From Prochlorococcus sp. AG-355-J09 (GTDB taxonomy: Bacteria; Cyanobacteriota; Cyanobacteriia; PCC-6307; Cyanobiaceae), in contig QCDO01000009.1 of the NCBI GenBank assembly GCA_003278735.1, positions 1,060 through 65,059 on the forward strand: a stretch of DNA of 64,000 bases, in the 5' to 3' direction. The position numbers and the translations under genes were made by a program. Every line of letters begins with the position of its first letter. The stretch's first letter is position 1. Positions 46,851 to 56,775 of this stretch are shown here, in pieces. The notes beneath the pieces are model-generated. The model was not told the origin of the DNA. It saw only the letters and a program-made list of their open reading frames with translations, and did no database searches.

Positions 46851-47815
46851 TTGAGGTTAAAAAAAACAATTTTTTCTTGAATGAAGAAGTCAATACCTTT
46901 CTTAAGAACATAATTAAAAACAAATCATTGGCTAATGGTTATATATTTTATGGTGCTGAAGGATTAGGCAAAAAACAAACTGCTCTTGAATTTATAAAAG
47001 AGATTTTCAAACAGTATTCACAAAGCGAAAATGTTGAAGAGAGAATTACAAACAATAACCATCCTGATTTTTTAATTATTGAACCTAATTCTCTTTTATC
47101 AACAAAAAGTTCAGGAACATCCGATCTTGAAAAAACAGCAAAAAGTGGATCTGAGATTATTAAAATTGCTCAAATACGTAATATCAAAACTTTTCTTGGT
47201 CAAAAATCAATAAACTCAGAAAAAAAAATTGTTTTGATTATTGATGCACACCTTTTAAACGAAGCAGCCTCGAATTGCCTTTTAAAAACCTTAGAAGAAC
47301 CTAGTAACGGAATTTTTATTTTACTAACATCTAAATTAAATCTTCTCTTAGATACGATTATCTCAAGATGTCAAATCGTCAGATTTCGATCTTTTTCTAG
47401 TAAACAAATAAAGTCAATTTTAAAAGAATATTTAGATACTTCTAAATCAAAGATAAATACAAATTTAAAATTTGAAGATTTAATTAATTCAGCCAATGGA
47501 TCTCCAAATCAATTATTGAAAAATATTGAAATTTGGAATGATTTTTCAGATGAAATTATAAGTAAATTGGATTCTCCAATTAAAAATAGTCTAGAAATAT
47601 TAGAAATATCTAAATCAATATCTGAAAAATTAGAAATTTTGCAACAGATTTGTCTAGTAAATTTAATTCAAACAATTTGGTGGAGAAAAACAAAAAATAT
47701 CGGTTTAGTTAAAAAACTTGAAAATTTAAAATACCTCTTAAGAAATAACATTCAACCAAGGTTGTCATGGGAAATAGCTTTTTTAAAAATTTCAATGGAA
47801 GATGTAATAGATTAA
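46847..47815 (+). CDS. holB: DNA polymerase III delta' subunit
   Basis: [23 protein letters not shown]; follows tmk. Confidence 0.92.
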   Translation: MIEVKKNNFFLNEEVNTFLKNIIKNKSLANGYIFYGAEGLGKKQTALEFIKEIFKQYSQSENVEERITNNNHPDFLIIEPNSLLSTKSSGTSDLEKTAKSGSEIIKIAQIRNIKTFLGQKSINSEKKIVLIIDAHLLNEAASNCLLKTLEEPSNGIFILLTSKLNLLLDTIISRCQIVRFRSFSSKQIKSILKEYLDTSKSKINTNLKFEDLINSANGSPNQLLKNIEIWNDFSDEIISKLDSPIKNSLEILEISKSISEKLEILQQICLVNLIQTIWWRKTKNIGLVKKLENLKYLLRNNIQPRLSWEIAFLKISMEDVID

Positions 47816-48594
47816 TCTACCGCAGAATTTATCAAGTTAGGATTTCTTGCTTGAATAAACTCTTGCCTAGCAGTTTCCACTTGAGAACCAATAGGTAACT
47901 CAAGACAATATCCAGCACCATATACAGTCTTTATATAAACAGGTTTACGTGGATCGGGTTCAAGTTTAGTGCGTAAATGTCTAATATGAACTCTTATTGT
48001 CTCAATATCATCATCAGGTTCATATCCCCATACTTCTTTAAGGATTAATGCTGGCGATACAGTTTGACCATGTCTCTGCAAAAGACAATGAAGAAGTTCA
48101 AATTCAAGATGCGTTAACCTAACAGGAGATTCAAACCATATAGCTTCAAATCTTTCCGGAACAAGAGTTAAAGGGCCATAATTTAATATTTCTTGCTGGT
48201 TAGTAGAATTTAATTGTGCTCTGTTGGTTCTCCTTAATAAAGCTTTTATACGTACATATAATTCTTCTAAATCGAATGGTTTAGTAATGTAATCATCTGC
48301 TCCAGAATTAAACCCAGTAACTTTATCTTTAAGGCCGCCTAACGCAGTTATCATCAAAATTGGTATATTTGATGTTCTTTCGTCTCTTCTTAATCGTTGG
48401 CACAAAGTTAAACCATCAACACTTGGTAGCATTAAATCCAAAAGTATTAGATCTGGTGAATATTGAAGAGCTAATGCTTGTCCTTTGATTCCATCTTCAG
48501 CTTTTTGGACATCAAAACCAGAATGTTCTAAATGTCTAGCAACCAAATCACGCATATCACGATCATCTTCAATTAAAAGGATTGAAATTTTCAT
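47812..48594 (-). CDS. rpaA: OmpR-family response regulator RpaA
   Basis: [44 protein letters not shown]. Confidence 0.96.
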   Translation of the reverse strand: MKISILLIEDDRDMRDLVARHLEHSGFDVQKAEDGIKGQALALQYSPDLILLDLMLPSVDGLTLCQRLRRDERTSNIPILMITALGGLKDKVTGFNSGADDYITKPFDLEELYVRIKALLRRTNRAQLNSTNQQEILNYGPLTLVPERFEAIWFESPVRLTHLEFELLHCLLQRHGQTVSPALILKEVWGYEPDDDIETIRVHIRHLRTKLEPDPRKPVYIKTVYGAGYCLELPIGSQVETARQEFIQARNPNLINSAVD

Positions 48595-48993
48595 ATTTAT
48601 AAACTATTAAATTAAGATTAAATTTTAGTAATATGATTCTCTCAAGAATTTGTAAAGATTGCTGAATTACTGTAAACAATTTTATCAATTAGAATTATCA
48701 GATAACTTAGTGATGGTAATGGATTAGATGGAAATTGCTAATTTTAATAAAGTTGAAATTTTAGAATTTCTTTCGATTCTATTCATTTTTTCTTAATAAT
48801 TAAAGGATTAATAGAAACAAATAATGGTTCGAATTGAAAGAATATTGTATTCAGATTGCCATTATATTTATATAAAAATTGATTTAAATGGAGTTTTTCA
48901 GCTTTCAAAATGTAATTAAGTTTAAAATTTTTTCATTTCTACAAAATGTTTAAACGCATAATACTATTTATATAAAAAAAAATTGAAGTATCT

Positions 48994-49353
48994 ATGAAAA
49001 AGAAATCTATTATTTATTCTGATTTATCAAAAAAACAACTAGAAGCTCTGAAAGAACTTTACATCTTAAAAAAAGTTGAATCGATGAGTCATCAAGAACT
49101 TAAAAAATATGTATTAGAAATTATTTCACATCAGATAAACGATACTATTGGCAAAGAAGAGGAAATGGAAGCATGGAGAGAAATGTCAGATTTTTTTGGA
49201 GAACAATTTGAAATAAATATCTTAGAAATACAAACAAAATATATTGACGATAAAAACGTAATTGAAACAGAAATAGATTCTCAGAAGCAAAGAATAGAAT
49301 TACTTGAAAGGAATAATTTAGATCAAGAGAAAAAGGATATGTGGGATGACTAA
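48994..49353 (+). CDS. Hypothetical protein (acidic, helical)
   Basis: 119-aa ORF with ATG start; no recognisable motif. Confidence 0.75.
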   Translation: MKKKSIIYSDLSKKQLEALKELYILKKVESMSHQELKKYVLEIISHQINDTIGKEEEMEAWREMSDFFGEQFEINILEIQTKYIDDKNVIETEIDSQKQRIELLERNNLDQEKKDMWDD

Positions 49354-49632
49354 AATTTCTTGAATGGTGTAGTAATTCAAAGTATGTAAACGAAAATATG
49401 TCTTAATTTTAAAGAAATGAAAATAAACCAAAGAGCTTGTTATTCACGTTTGCAGAGAATTTTGTAACCGTTCTAATAACTGTTCTTAAAAAACACCTAT
49501 GCAATTTAAAACTAAATATATTTAAAGTAAACTTGATTATACTAAATGTTCTATATACTGTTATTAAAATTATATCAAATATACTTGATTATATCTTCGG
49601 CTAACCACTATTTGGCAAAAAAAGTCAAAGAA

Positions 49633-49663
49633 ATAAAAAAGTCACCTTTTTTATGGTGACTTT
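49633..49663 (-). terminator. Intrinsic terminator, probably the original tRNA-Asn terminator displaced by the insertion
   Basis: Minus strand AAAGTCACC-ATAAAAAA-GGTGACTTT followed by a T-rich run, ~20 bp downstream of the displaced tRNA 3' fragment. Confidence 0.7.
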
Positions 49664-49684
49664 GGATAACTTTTTGGAATTTAT

Positions 49685-49703
49685 AAACTCCCCGGGCGGG
49701 ATT
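49685..49703. repeat. Distal att core (duplicated tRNA-Asn 3' end)
   Basis: AAACTCCCCGGGCGGGATT, identical to 56889-56907. Confidence 0.95.
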
Positions 49704-49768
49704 ATATTCAACTCATCAAGAGTAGTCATGACATATCCTGAAGCACTAAATCCATAGAATTTATAGAA

Positions 49769-49796
49769 AAAACCCATAAGAAAACCCATTTTTTAT
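49769..49796. repeat. Tandem arm-like repeat, left end
   Basis: AAAACCCAT-AAG-AAAACCCAT-TTTTTAT; 26/28 identical to 56748-56775. Confidence 0.85.
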
Positions 49797-49876
49797 TTGA
49801 TTCTCTTATAAAAAGAACTTAGAAGAAATTCAAGAGGAAAATAAATTTCTTTAGATGAATTTTTATACAAATTAGA

Positions 49877-50197
49877 TCAAATATCTTCTTCTCCGATAAA
49901 CATATATTCGGGAATATCTTCAGGATGATAATATTTCCATTCACATTTTGTGCATGCCCAACGACTCCTTACTGGTTCCATACAGCATCCCATAATTGCC
50001 CACTCTCCAGACTCAAATGCTTCTTTAGTTGGATGGCCCCACAAACATTTTTTTACAGTTTTTTTAGCACCACATCTTTTGCAATTTTGAACTTTATGCC
50101 AAAGATATTCACCATCTTGCAATAGAGGCAAATTTTCCATAAACTTACCCCGAAAGTACCAAGTATCATCAATTTTAGGTGGGGAATTTTTCTCCAT
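49877..50197 (-). CDS. Cys-rich hypothetical protein (putative zinc ribbon), 106 aa
   Basis: CKRCG...CLWGHP...GCC...WACTKC; ATG start 2 bp after the stop of the upstream 57-aa ORF. Confidence 0.75.
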   Translation of the reverse strand: MEKNSPPKIDDTWYFRGKFMENLPLLQDGEYLWHKVQNCKRCGAKKTVKKCLWGHPTKEAFESGEWAIMGCCMEPVRSRWACTKCEWKYYHPEDIPEYMFIGEEDI

Positions 50198-50199
50198 AA

Positions 50200-50373
50200 T
50201 TATTCTTCATAATCATATCCAGTAATTTCCTCATATCGAACTAGAACTTCTGCCCAAGTTTTGCATTGACCTGCAGCAAGAAGAACTTCATGCCACATAT
50301 CTACTGAAAGATGATTTTTATTTAGGAGTCTTGCCATTTTTCTTGATGCTTCAGGTCCATTTAGTTCATTCAT
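50200..50373 (-). CDS. Small hypothetical protein, 57 aa (not in ORF track)
   Basis: ATG 50373 to TAA 50200 reads MNELNGPEASRKMARLLNKNHLSVDMWHEVLLAAGQCKTWAEVLVRYEEITGYDYEE. ATGA overlap with the upstream ORF. Confidence 0.72.
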   Translation of the reverse strand: MNELNGPEASRKMARLLNKNHLSVDMWHEVLLAAGQCKTWAEVLVRYEEITGYDYEE

Positions 50374-50573
50374 AAGAAATCACCCTCAACTTCAAAAGGT
50401 ATATACATCTCAGGATTCTTTATCCCATGTTTCTCTGCAGTTTCAAGCATGATTTTATGATCACGAACTAATGATTCATATGCTTCCTTTTCTTCCCCTG
50501 TAGCATCTTTGGGTAATTTTTCACCAGTTGTTGCAAGTGCTAATAGTTGTTGCCATTTTTTATTACTTATCAT
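50370..50573 (-). CDS. Small hypothetical protein, 67 aa
   Basis: ATG start, protein-like composition, first gene of a coupled three-ORF unit divergent from hsdM. Confidence 0.7.
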   Translation of the reverse strand: MISNKKWQQLLALATTGEKLPKDATGEEKEAYESLVRDHKIMLETAEKHGIKNPEMYIPFEVEGDFL

Positions 50574-50680
50574 TAGATATGATTTCTACTTAATTAGAAA
50601 GATAACAAATCTAATGTCATAAAGTCAGCATTGAATCAAACAAAATAAAAACTAGGTATAAAATAAGAGCAATTATTTTA

Positions 50681-52261
50681 TTGGTCATTCCTAAAAAGAA
50701 ACAAAATACTCCACTAGATTTCAAAGCAGATCTTTGGGACTGTGCAAACAAACTGCGCAATCAGATGGATGCTGCAGAATATAAGCATTTAGTATTAGGT
50801 TTGATATTTTTGAAATATATTTCCGATTCTTTTGTTGAACAACAAAAAAAAGTTATGGAAATGATTAGTAATCCCAAGAATATTGAGTTTTATCTAGAAC
50901 CAGAATTGAGGGAAGAAGCGTTAGAAGATAAAGATTATTATGAACAAGATGTAATTTTTTGGGTACCACCAAAAGCAAGATGGGAATACATACAGAAAAA
51001 TGCAAAAGTTCCTAAAATTTTCAATGAGGGACAACTAATTGATGAAGCTTTAGTTTCAATTGAAAATGAGAATCCCTCATTGAAAGGAAAATTAGATAAG
51101 CGTTTTACTGCTGCATTACTAGAACCAGGAACAAAGGGACAATTAGTAGATGTTATCTCAAAAATTGGTTTCAACTCTAATGAAAAAGATAGAGATATTC
51201 TCGGAGAAGTTTACGAATATTTTTTAGGAAAATTTGCGGTGCTAGAAGGGAAAAATGCAGGATCTTTTTATACTCCCTCTCATGTAGTCAAATTACTAGT
51301 TGCTATTCTTTCACCTAATAAAGGTAGAGTTTATGATCCTTGTTGTGGTTCTGGTGGAATGTTCGTTCAAAGTGAAGATTTCATAAGGAATCACGGGGGG
51401 AAACTTGATGATATTTCAATTTATGGTCAAGAGAGCAACCCAACCACTTGGAGATTAGCCGCAATAAATCTCGCAATCAGAGGTATTTCTGCAAATTTAG
51501 GAAAAGAGCCAAGAGATACTTTTGCTGCTGATCAACATCCTGATCAAAAATTTGATTACATACTTGCAAATCCACCTTTCAATATTTCTGAGTGGAGTGG
51601 AGAAAAATATGATAATGATCCTCGTTGGGTATATGGGAGGCCACCTATAGGTAATGCTAACTTTGCATGGTTGCAACACATGCTTTGGAAGTTGAGACCA
51701 GGTGGTCAAGCAGGCATTGTACTGGCAAACGGATCTATGAGTTCCAATACGAGTAATGAAGGAAATATTAGAGAAGAAATGGTCAGAAAAGATGTAGTTG
51801 AAATAATGATTGCCCTGCCTAGTCAACTATTTCTGAATACTCAAATATCTGTATGCTTATGGTTTTTGACAAATGATAAAACTAAAAAAGGAAGAGATAG
51901 AAGAGGTGAAACTTTATTCATTGATGCTCGTCAAATTGGGAAAATGAAATCCCGTGTAGAAAGAATTCTTACTACTGAAGATATTTCTAAAATTGCAGAT
52001 ACTGTTGATTCTTGGCGCAATAAAGAAGACTTTGTTGGTGTAGAAGGTTTCTGCCACAATGCAAATTTTGAAGAAATTGAAAGAAATGGTTTTATTCTAA
52101 TTCCCGGAAGATATGTAGGTACTCTAGAAGAGGAAGATGATGATGAAAGTTTTGATGAAAAAATGAAAAAACTTACTTTTTTACTCAAAGAGCAACAAGA
52201 GGAAGGAGCAAAATTAGATAAGCAAATTAGTAATCACTTGAAGAGGATTGGTTATGGTTGA
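50681..52261 (+). CDS. hsdM: Type I R-M methyltransferase subunit (m6A)
   Basis: LGLIFLKYISD, FYTP, motif I DPCCGSGGMF, motif IV NPPF, PGRYVG; TTG start. Confidence 0.96.
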   Translation: MVIPKKKQNTPLDFKADLWDCANKLRNQMDAAEYKHLVLGLIFLKYISDSFVEQQKKVMEMISNPKNIEFYLEPELREEALEDKDYYEQDVIFWVPPKARWEYIQKNAKVPKIFNEGQLIDEALVSIENENPSLKGKLDKRFTAALLEPGTKGQLVDVISKIGFNSNEKDRDILGEVYEYFLGKFAVLEGKNAGSFYTPSHVVKLLVAILSPNKGRVYDPCCGSGGMFVQSEDFIRNHGGKLDDISIYGQESNPTTWRLAAINLAIRGISANLGKEPRDTFAADQHPDQKFDYILANPPFNISEWSGEKYDNDPRWVYGRPPIGNANFAWLQHMLWKLRPGGQAGIVLANGSMSSNTSNEGNIREEMVRKDVVEIMIALPSQLFLNTQISVCLWFLTNDKTKKGRDRRGETLFIDARQIGKMKSRVERILTTEDISKIADTVDSWRNKEDFVGVEGFCHNANFEEIERNGFILIPGRYVGTLEEEDDDESFDEKMKKLTFLLKEQQEEGAKLDKQISNHLKRIGYG

Positions 52262-53531
52262 AGGATGGAACATAATCCCTTTACGGGAAATAGCAGAATT
52301 TCAAAACGGATTTGCTTTTAGCAGCAGAGATTATGTAAAAAAATCCCCCAAAAATAAAGAAGTATTGAGGATGGGTTATATAAAAAGAGGTGGTGGTTTC
52401 AAAGAATTTGATAAGGCAGTTTTCATACCTCAAAACCATAAAGCAAATGAAGAGAAATTCGCTTTAGAACACGGTGATATTGTTATAGCGATGACAGACA
52501 TGAAAGATAAAGTGGCAATATTAGGTAACTGCGCAAGAATCACAGATACAGGGAGATTCCTTCTAAATCAAAGAGTAGGAAGAATTAGGACCAAAGATAA
52601 GAATAAAGCTAACCAGAGATTTCTCTATTATTTTTTGAATTCACCAAGTCATATCCGAAATTTACGATCAAGAGCTAATACTGGCGTTCAAGTAAATCTA
52701 ACAACAGAATCTATTATTGAATCGAATATTTCTTTACCTTCAATATCAGAGCAAATAGCAATATCTTCGATACTAGGAGTTTTAGATGAAAAAATTGAAC
52801 TAAATCAAAAAACTAACGAAACAATTGAAAAAATAGCTAAATCACTTTTCAAATCTTGGTTTATTGATTTTGATCCCGTGAAAGAAAAAGTAAAAGATCG
52901 TTCAACAGGATTACCAAAAGAAATTAGTGATTTATTTCCAGATTTACTTGTAGATTCTGAATTAGGAAAAATTCCTCGTGGATGGGAAATAAAAAAACTT
53001 GGAGAAATAATTGAACTTGTTTATGGAAAACCTTTGAAAGAGTCAGATAGAATAAAAGGCTCATATCCGGTGTTCGGTTCAAATGGAATAGTTGGTTTTC
53101 ATAATAATTATCTTGTGAAAGGGCCAGGAATTATTGTTGGCAGAAAAGGTAATCCAGGAATAGTGAAATGGTCATATGATGATTTTTTCCCAATTGATAC
53201 TACTTTTTATGTGAAACCGAAAAGTAGCATAAGAGAAATGACTTTTATCTTTTTTGCCTTACATAACCAAAAATTATCAAATTTATCTGCAGATTCTGCA
53301 GTACCTGGTTTGAATCGAAATATTGCATATATGAGCCAGCAAATCATTCCATCTGCCTCATTATTAGAAATATTTGAACAACAGATAAAAGATTTATTTC
53401 TTGGTATGAAAGCAAGAAACTTGCAGAGTTTATCTCTTCAAAAAGTAAAAGATACTCTTCTTCCTAAACTTATATCAGGAAAAATTAGAATTACTGACGC
53501 TGAAAAAATGATTGATGAGGTAGGTATCTAA
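52254..53531 (+). CDS. hsdS: Type I R-M specificity subunit
   Basis: Two TRDs with conserved spacers (PSISEQIAI..LDEKIELN, KSWFIDF, ELGKIPRGW, DTLLPKLISG). ATG 52254 follows an AGAGGA SD and overlaps the hsdM stop. Confidence 0.95.
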   Translation: MVEGWNIIPLREIAEFQNGFAFSSRDYVKKSPKNKEVLRMGYIKRGGGFKEFDKAVFIPQNHKANEEKFALEHGDIVIAMTDMKDKVAILGNCARITDTGRFLLNQRVGRIRTKDKNKANQRFLYYFLNSPSHIRNLRSRANTGVQVNLTTESIIESNISLPSISEQIAISSILGVLDEKIELNQKTNETIEKIAKSLFKSWFIDFDPVKEKVKDRSTGLPKEISDLFPDLLVDSELGKIPRGWEIKKLGEIIELVYGKPLKESDRIKGSYPVFGSNGIVGFHNNYLVKGPGIIVGRKGNPGIVKWSYDDFFPIDTTFYVKPKSSIREMTFIFFALHNQKLSNLSADSAVPGLNRNIAYMSQQIIPSASLLEIFEQQIKDLFLGMKARNLQSLSLQKVKDTLLPKLISGKIRITDAEKMIDEVGI

Positions 53532-56500
53532 TGTCATTTCTCAATGAAGAAGATTTAGAAAATATTTCTATTGAATGGTTCAAAGAGATTGGCTATGCCT
53601 ATGCTCATGGGCCAGATATTGCACCTGATGGATCCACGCCTGAAAGAGATGACTTGCGACAGGTTTATCTGATAGATCGTTTGAGAACAGCACTTATAAG
53701 ACTGAACCCCGAAGTTCCTAATAAAACTATTGAATCTGCAATTCTTCAAATTACTAATCCAAGTATCCCTGGATTAGTTTCTTGTAATCGTCAACTGCAT
53801 CAATGGATAACCATGGGGTTCCTTGTTTCATACTTGAATGGCGATGAAGAAAAAAATATAAGATTGAAAATTATTGATTTTGAAGAACCTTCTGAAAACG
53901 ACTTTTTAGTAGTCAATCAACTAAAAGTTGCAGGTCCAAAATATAATCGTATTCCAGATATTGTGGCATATATCAATGGGATTCCAATAGCGGTGATTGA
54001 GCTCAAAAATCCAGCAGATGAAAATACAGACATTTGGGATGCATATAATCAATTACAGACTTACAAAGACAATATTCCTGATCTATTTTCTTCTAATATT
54101 CTTCTTGTAATTAGTGATGGAACATATGCAAAAGTTGGTTCACTTTCTGCCAATGAGGAAAGATTTCAAAGATGGCGAGTAATTGAAAAAGAACAAGATT
54201 TAGATCCCTTAGGAAACTTTAGAGAACTAGAAACTTTAGTAAGAGGATTATTTGATCAAAAAAGATTATTAGATTTTATACGTTCATTCTGCCTCTTTGA
54301 GGAGGACGGAGAAATTATCAAAAAGATTGCTGCTTATCATCAGTTTTATGCTGTAAACAATGCCATAGAGAGAGTTGTTGAAGCGAGCAGTTCTGGGGGA
54401 GATAGAAGAGGTGGAGTCGTTTGGCATACGCAAGGTGCAGGCAAAAGTATTGAGATGGCTTGTTTAGCTGGAAAATTGCTGACTGATGAAAGACTACAGA
54501 ATCCTACCTTGATTTTTGTTACTGACAGAAACGATTTGGATGGGCAATTGTTCGGAGTATTTGCAGGATCAGGGGGTTTACTTGGTGAATCTCCTAAGCA
54601 GGCAGAAACAAAAGATGATCTTAGAAAATTACTTGAAGACATTCCAAGTGGAGGAATCATTTTTACTACTATTCAGAAGTTTGCCAAAAAGAAAGAGGAG
54701 CATAAATTTCCTCAACTTACCTCTAGGGAAAATATTATTGTCATTTGTGATGAAGCTCATAGATCACAATATGGGTTCAGAGCAAGAATTGATTCAAAAA
54801 CTGGGGAAATCAAATATGGTTTAGCAAGAGGTCTTAGAGATGCCCTTCCAAATGCAACATTTTTAGCTTTCACTGGAACTCCAATTTCTTTCGCTGATAA
54901 AAATACACAATCTGTTTTTGGACATTACATATCCATTTATGACATACAGCAGGCTGTTGAAGATAAAGCAACAGTTCCAATTTATTACGAGTCTAGGCAA
55001 GCAAAATTAGAACTCAAAAAAGATGCGATTCCCATTATCGATAGTAGAGAAGAGGAAATTTTTGCTAGTGAAGATGAATTGCCAGAAAATTATAAAAAGA
55101 AAAGTAAATGGGCAGCATTAGAAAAATTAGTTGGTTCTCCTCCACGCCTAAAACAAATTGCTCAGGACCTCGTAAAACATTATGAGAAAAGATGTGAAAT
55201 ACAACCAGGAAAAGCATTAGTAGTTGGCATGAGTAGAGAAATTTGTGCATCTCTTTATAAAGAAATAATCGCAATCAAACCTGAGTGGGAAGATTCATCT
55301 CATATGAGAGGTTCCATCAAGGTCGTCATGACAGCAAAAGCGTCTGATAAATTTGAACTTCAAAAACATAATACAAATAAACAACAAAGAGATGACTTAG
55401 CTAAGAGATTCAAAGATCCAAATGATCCTCTAAAGATTGTTTTAGTTAGAAATATGTGGCTTACAGGATTTGATGCTCCATGCTTAGCGACAATGTATAT
55501 TGATAAACCAATGAAAGGTGCGAATCTTGCTCAAGCTATTGCAAGAGTCAATAGGGTTTTCAAAGATAAGCCTGGTGGATTGATTGTCGACTATATTGGC
55601 TTTTCTCCTCAATTGAAAGAGGCCCTCGCTACATATACTGGAGATCGAGGAAGAGGAGAACCAGCTCTTGATATCGAAGAAGCATTATTGATTTTGAAAG
55701 AACAAATACAAATAGCTCATGATCTTTTATTTCCAGTTGAATGGGAGAATTTTAGTGAAAAAGGTAAAGCTTTTGAATTGATTCCAAATTGTCTAGAAAA
55801 AATACTATCAATCGAAAATGGTAAGCAAAGATTTTGTGATGCGGTTCTTAGAATGACTAAAGCTTTTTCTCTTTGCAGCTCAACTGATGAAGCCAATCAA
55901 TTCTCTGAAAAAGTTGCTTTTCTAAATGCTGTAAGAGCTCCTCTTATAAAAGATTCAAGAAGCGGAGGTACTCCTACTGAAGGAGTAGATTATAAACTTC
56001 AACAACTTTTATCAGAATCATTAGTAGCTCAAGGAGTTACGGATATTTTCAAAGTCGCTGGATTGAAAAATCCTGATATAAGTATTTTGTCGAATGCTTT
56101 TTTAGAGGAAGTTTATAAAATTCCTCAGAAAAATTTAGCAGTTGAACTACTAGAAAAACTTATAAATGATGAAGTAAAAAGTAAATTCAGAACTAACTTA
56201 GTCAAGCAAAAAAGATTTAGTGAAATGCTAAAAGCAACACTCAACAAATACGAGAATCGAGCGATTGAAGCAGCCCAAGTTATTGAAGAACTTATTGAAA
56301 TGGCAAAAAAATTCCGTGAAGATTTGGAAAAAGGAATTTCATTAGGGTTATCTTCTGCAGAACGATCATTTTATGATGCTTTAGCAGAAAATCCTTCTGC
56401 TCAACAATTGATGGAAGAGAAAGTTCTCGCAAACATGGCAAAGGAGCTTGCAGAAATTATCAGAAGGGATGCAAATATTGATTGGCAATATAAAGATAAC

Positions 56501-56635
56501 GTCAGAGCAAAACTGAGAATCAAAATAAAAACACTTTTGAAAAGATATAAATATCCTCCAGATGAACAAGTTACCGCAGTTGAAACTGTCCTTCAACAAG
56601 CAGAAACTCTTGGAGAGGAATTAGTGGCGAGTTAG
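53531..56635 (+). CDS. hsdR: Type I R-M restriction/translocase subunit
   Basis: PD...IELK nuclease motif, HTQGAGKS Walker A, DEAHR, FTGTP, WLTGFD, QAIARVNR. Confidence 0.96.
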   Translation: MSFLNEEDLENISIEWFKEIGYAYAHGPDIAPDGSTPERDDLRQVYLIDRLRTALIRLNPEVPNKTIESAILQITNPSIPGLVSCNRQLHQWITMGFLVSYLNGDEEKNIRLKIIDFEEPSENDFLVVNQLKVAGPKYNRIPDIVAYINGIPIAVIELKNPADENTDIWDAYNQLQTYKDNIPDLFSSNILLVISDGTYAKVGSLSANEERFQRWRVIEKEQDLDPLGNFRELETLVRGLFDQKRLLDFIRSFCLFEEDGEIIKKIAAYHQFYAVNNAIERVVEASSSGGDRRGGVVWHTQGAGKSIEMACLAGKLLTDERLQNPTLIFVTDRNDLDGQLFGVFAGSGGLLGESPKQAETKDDLRKLLEDIPSGGIIFTTIQKFAKKKEEHKFPQLTSRENIIVICDEAHRSQYGFRARIDSKTGEIKYGLARGLRDALPNATFLAFTGTPISFADKNTQSVFGHYISIYDIQQAVEDKATVPIYYESRQAKLELKKDAIPIIDSREEEIFASEDELPENYKKKSKWAALEKLVGSPPRLKQIAQDLVKHYEKRCEIQPGKALVVGMSREICASLYKEIIAIKPEWEDSSHMRGSIKVVMTAKASDKFELQKHNTNKQQRDDLAKRFKDPNDPLKIVLVRNMWLTGFDAPCLATMYIDKPMKGANLAQAIARVNRVFKDKPGGLIVDYIGFSPQLKEALATYTGDRGRGEPALDIEEALLILKEQIQIAHDLLFPVEWENFSEKGKAFELIPNCLEKILSIENGKQRFCDAVLRMTKAFSLCSSTDEANQFSEKVAFLNAVRAPLIKDSRSGGTPTEGVDYKLQQLLSESLVAQGVTDIFKVAGLKNPDISILSNAFLEEVYKIPQKNLAVELLEKLINDEVKSKFRTNLVKQKRFSEMLKATLNKYENRAIEAAQVIEELIEMAKKFREDLEKGISLGLSSAERSFYDALAENPSAQQLMEEKVLANMAKELAEIIRRDANIDWQYKDNVRAKLRIKIKTLLKRYKYPPDEQVTAVETVLQQAETLGEELVAS

Positions 56636-56747
56636 TTTTTCTATTTTATATCCAAAAAAAGAACCTGTTGCTATTCAAATTTGATTAGATATAAACTACA
56701 AGAATCTAAATAAATTGCATAATAAAAACACATTTTTGAAAAGAGCT

Positions 56748-56775
56748 AAAACCCATATAAAAACCCATTTTTTAT
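56748..56775. repeat. Tandem arm-like repeat, right end
   Basis: AAAACCCAT-ATA-AAAACCCAT-TTTTTAT, plus a degenerate AAAACACAT at 56725-56733. Confidence 0.85.

Noticed and set aside
48595..48993. Long spacer upstream of rpaA as a possible sRNA or small ORF
   Set aside because: I found only very short frames and no convincing hairpin or terminator; it is more simply a divergent promoter region.
49531..49593. ACTTGATTATA direct repeat (49531 and 49583)
   Set aside because: An 11-bp AT-rich match in a very AT-rich spacer, with no supporting structure.
49801..49854. Short open frame FSYKKNLEEIQEENKFL as a possible integrase remnant
   Set aside because: It has no start codon, is preceded by a stop, and shows no recombinase motif.
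49925..50125. 66-aa plus-strand ORF inside the islet
   Set aside because: Antisense to the better-supported, translationally coupled 106-aa ORF.
50938..56599. Several 64-109-aa alternative ORFs within hsdM and hsdR as hidden integrase or excisionase genes
   Set aside because: All overlap strongly supported hsd genes and show no recombinase or HTH motifs.
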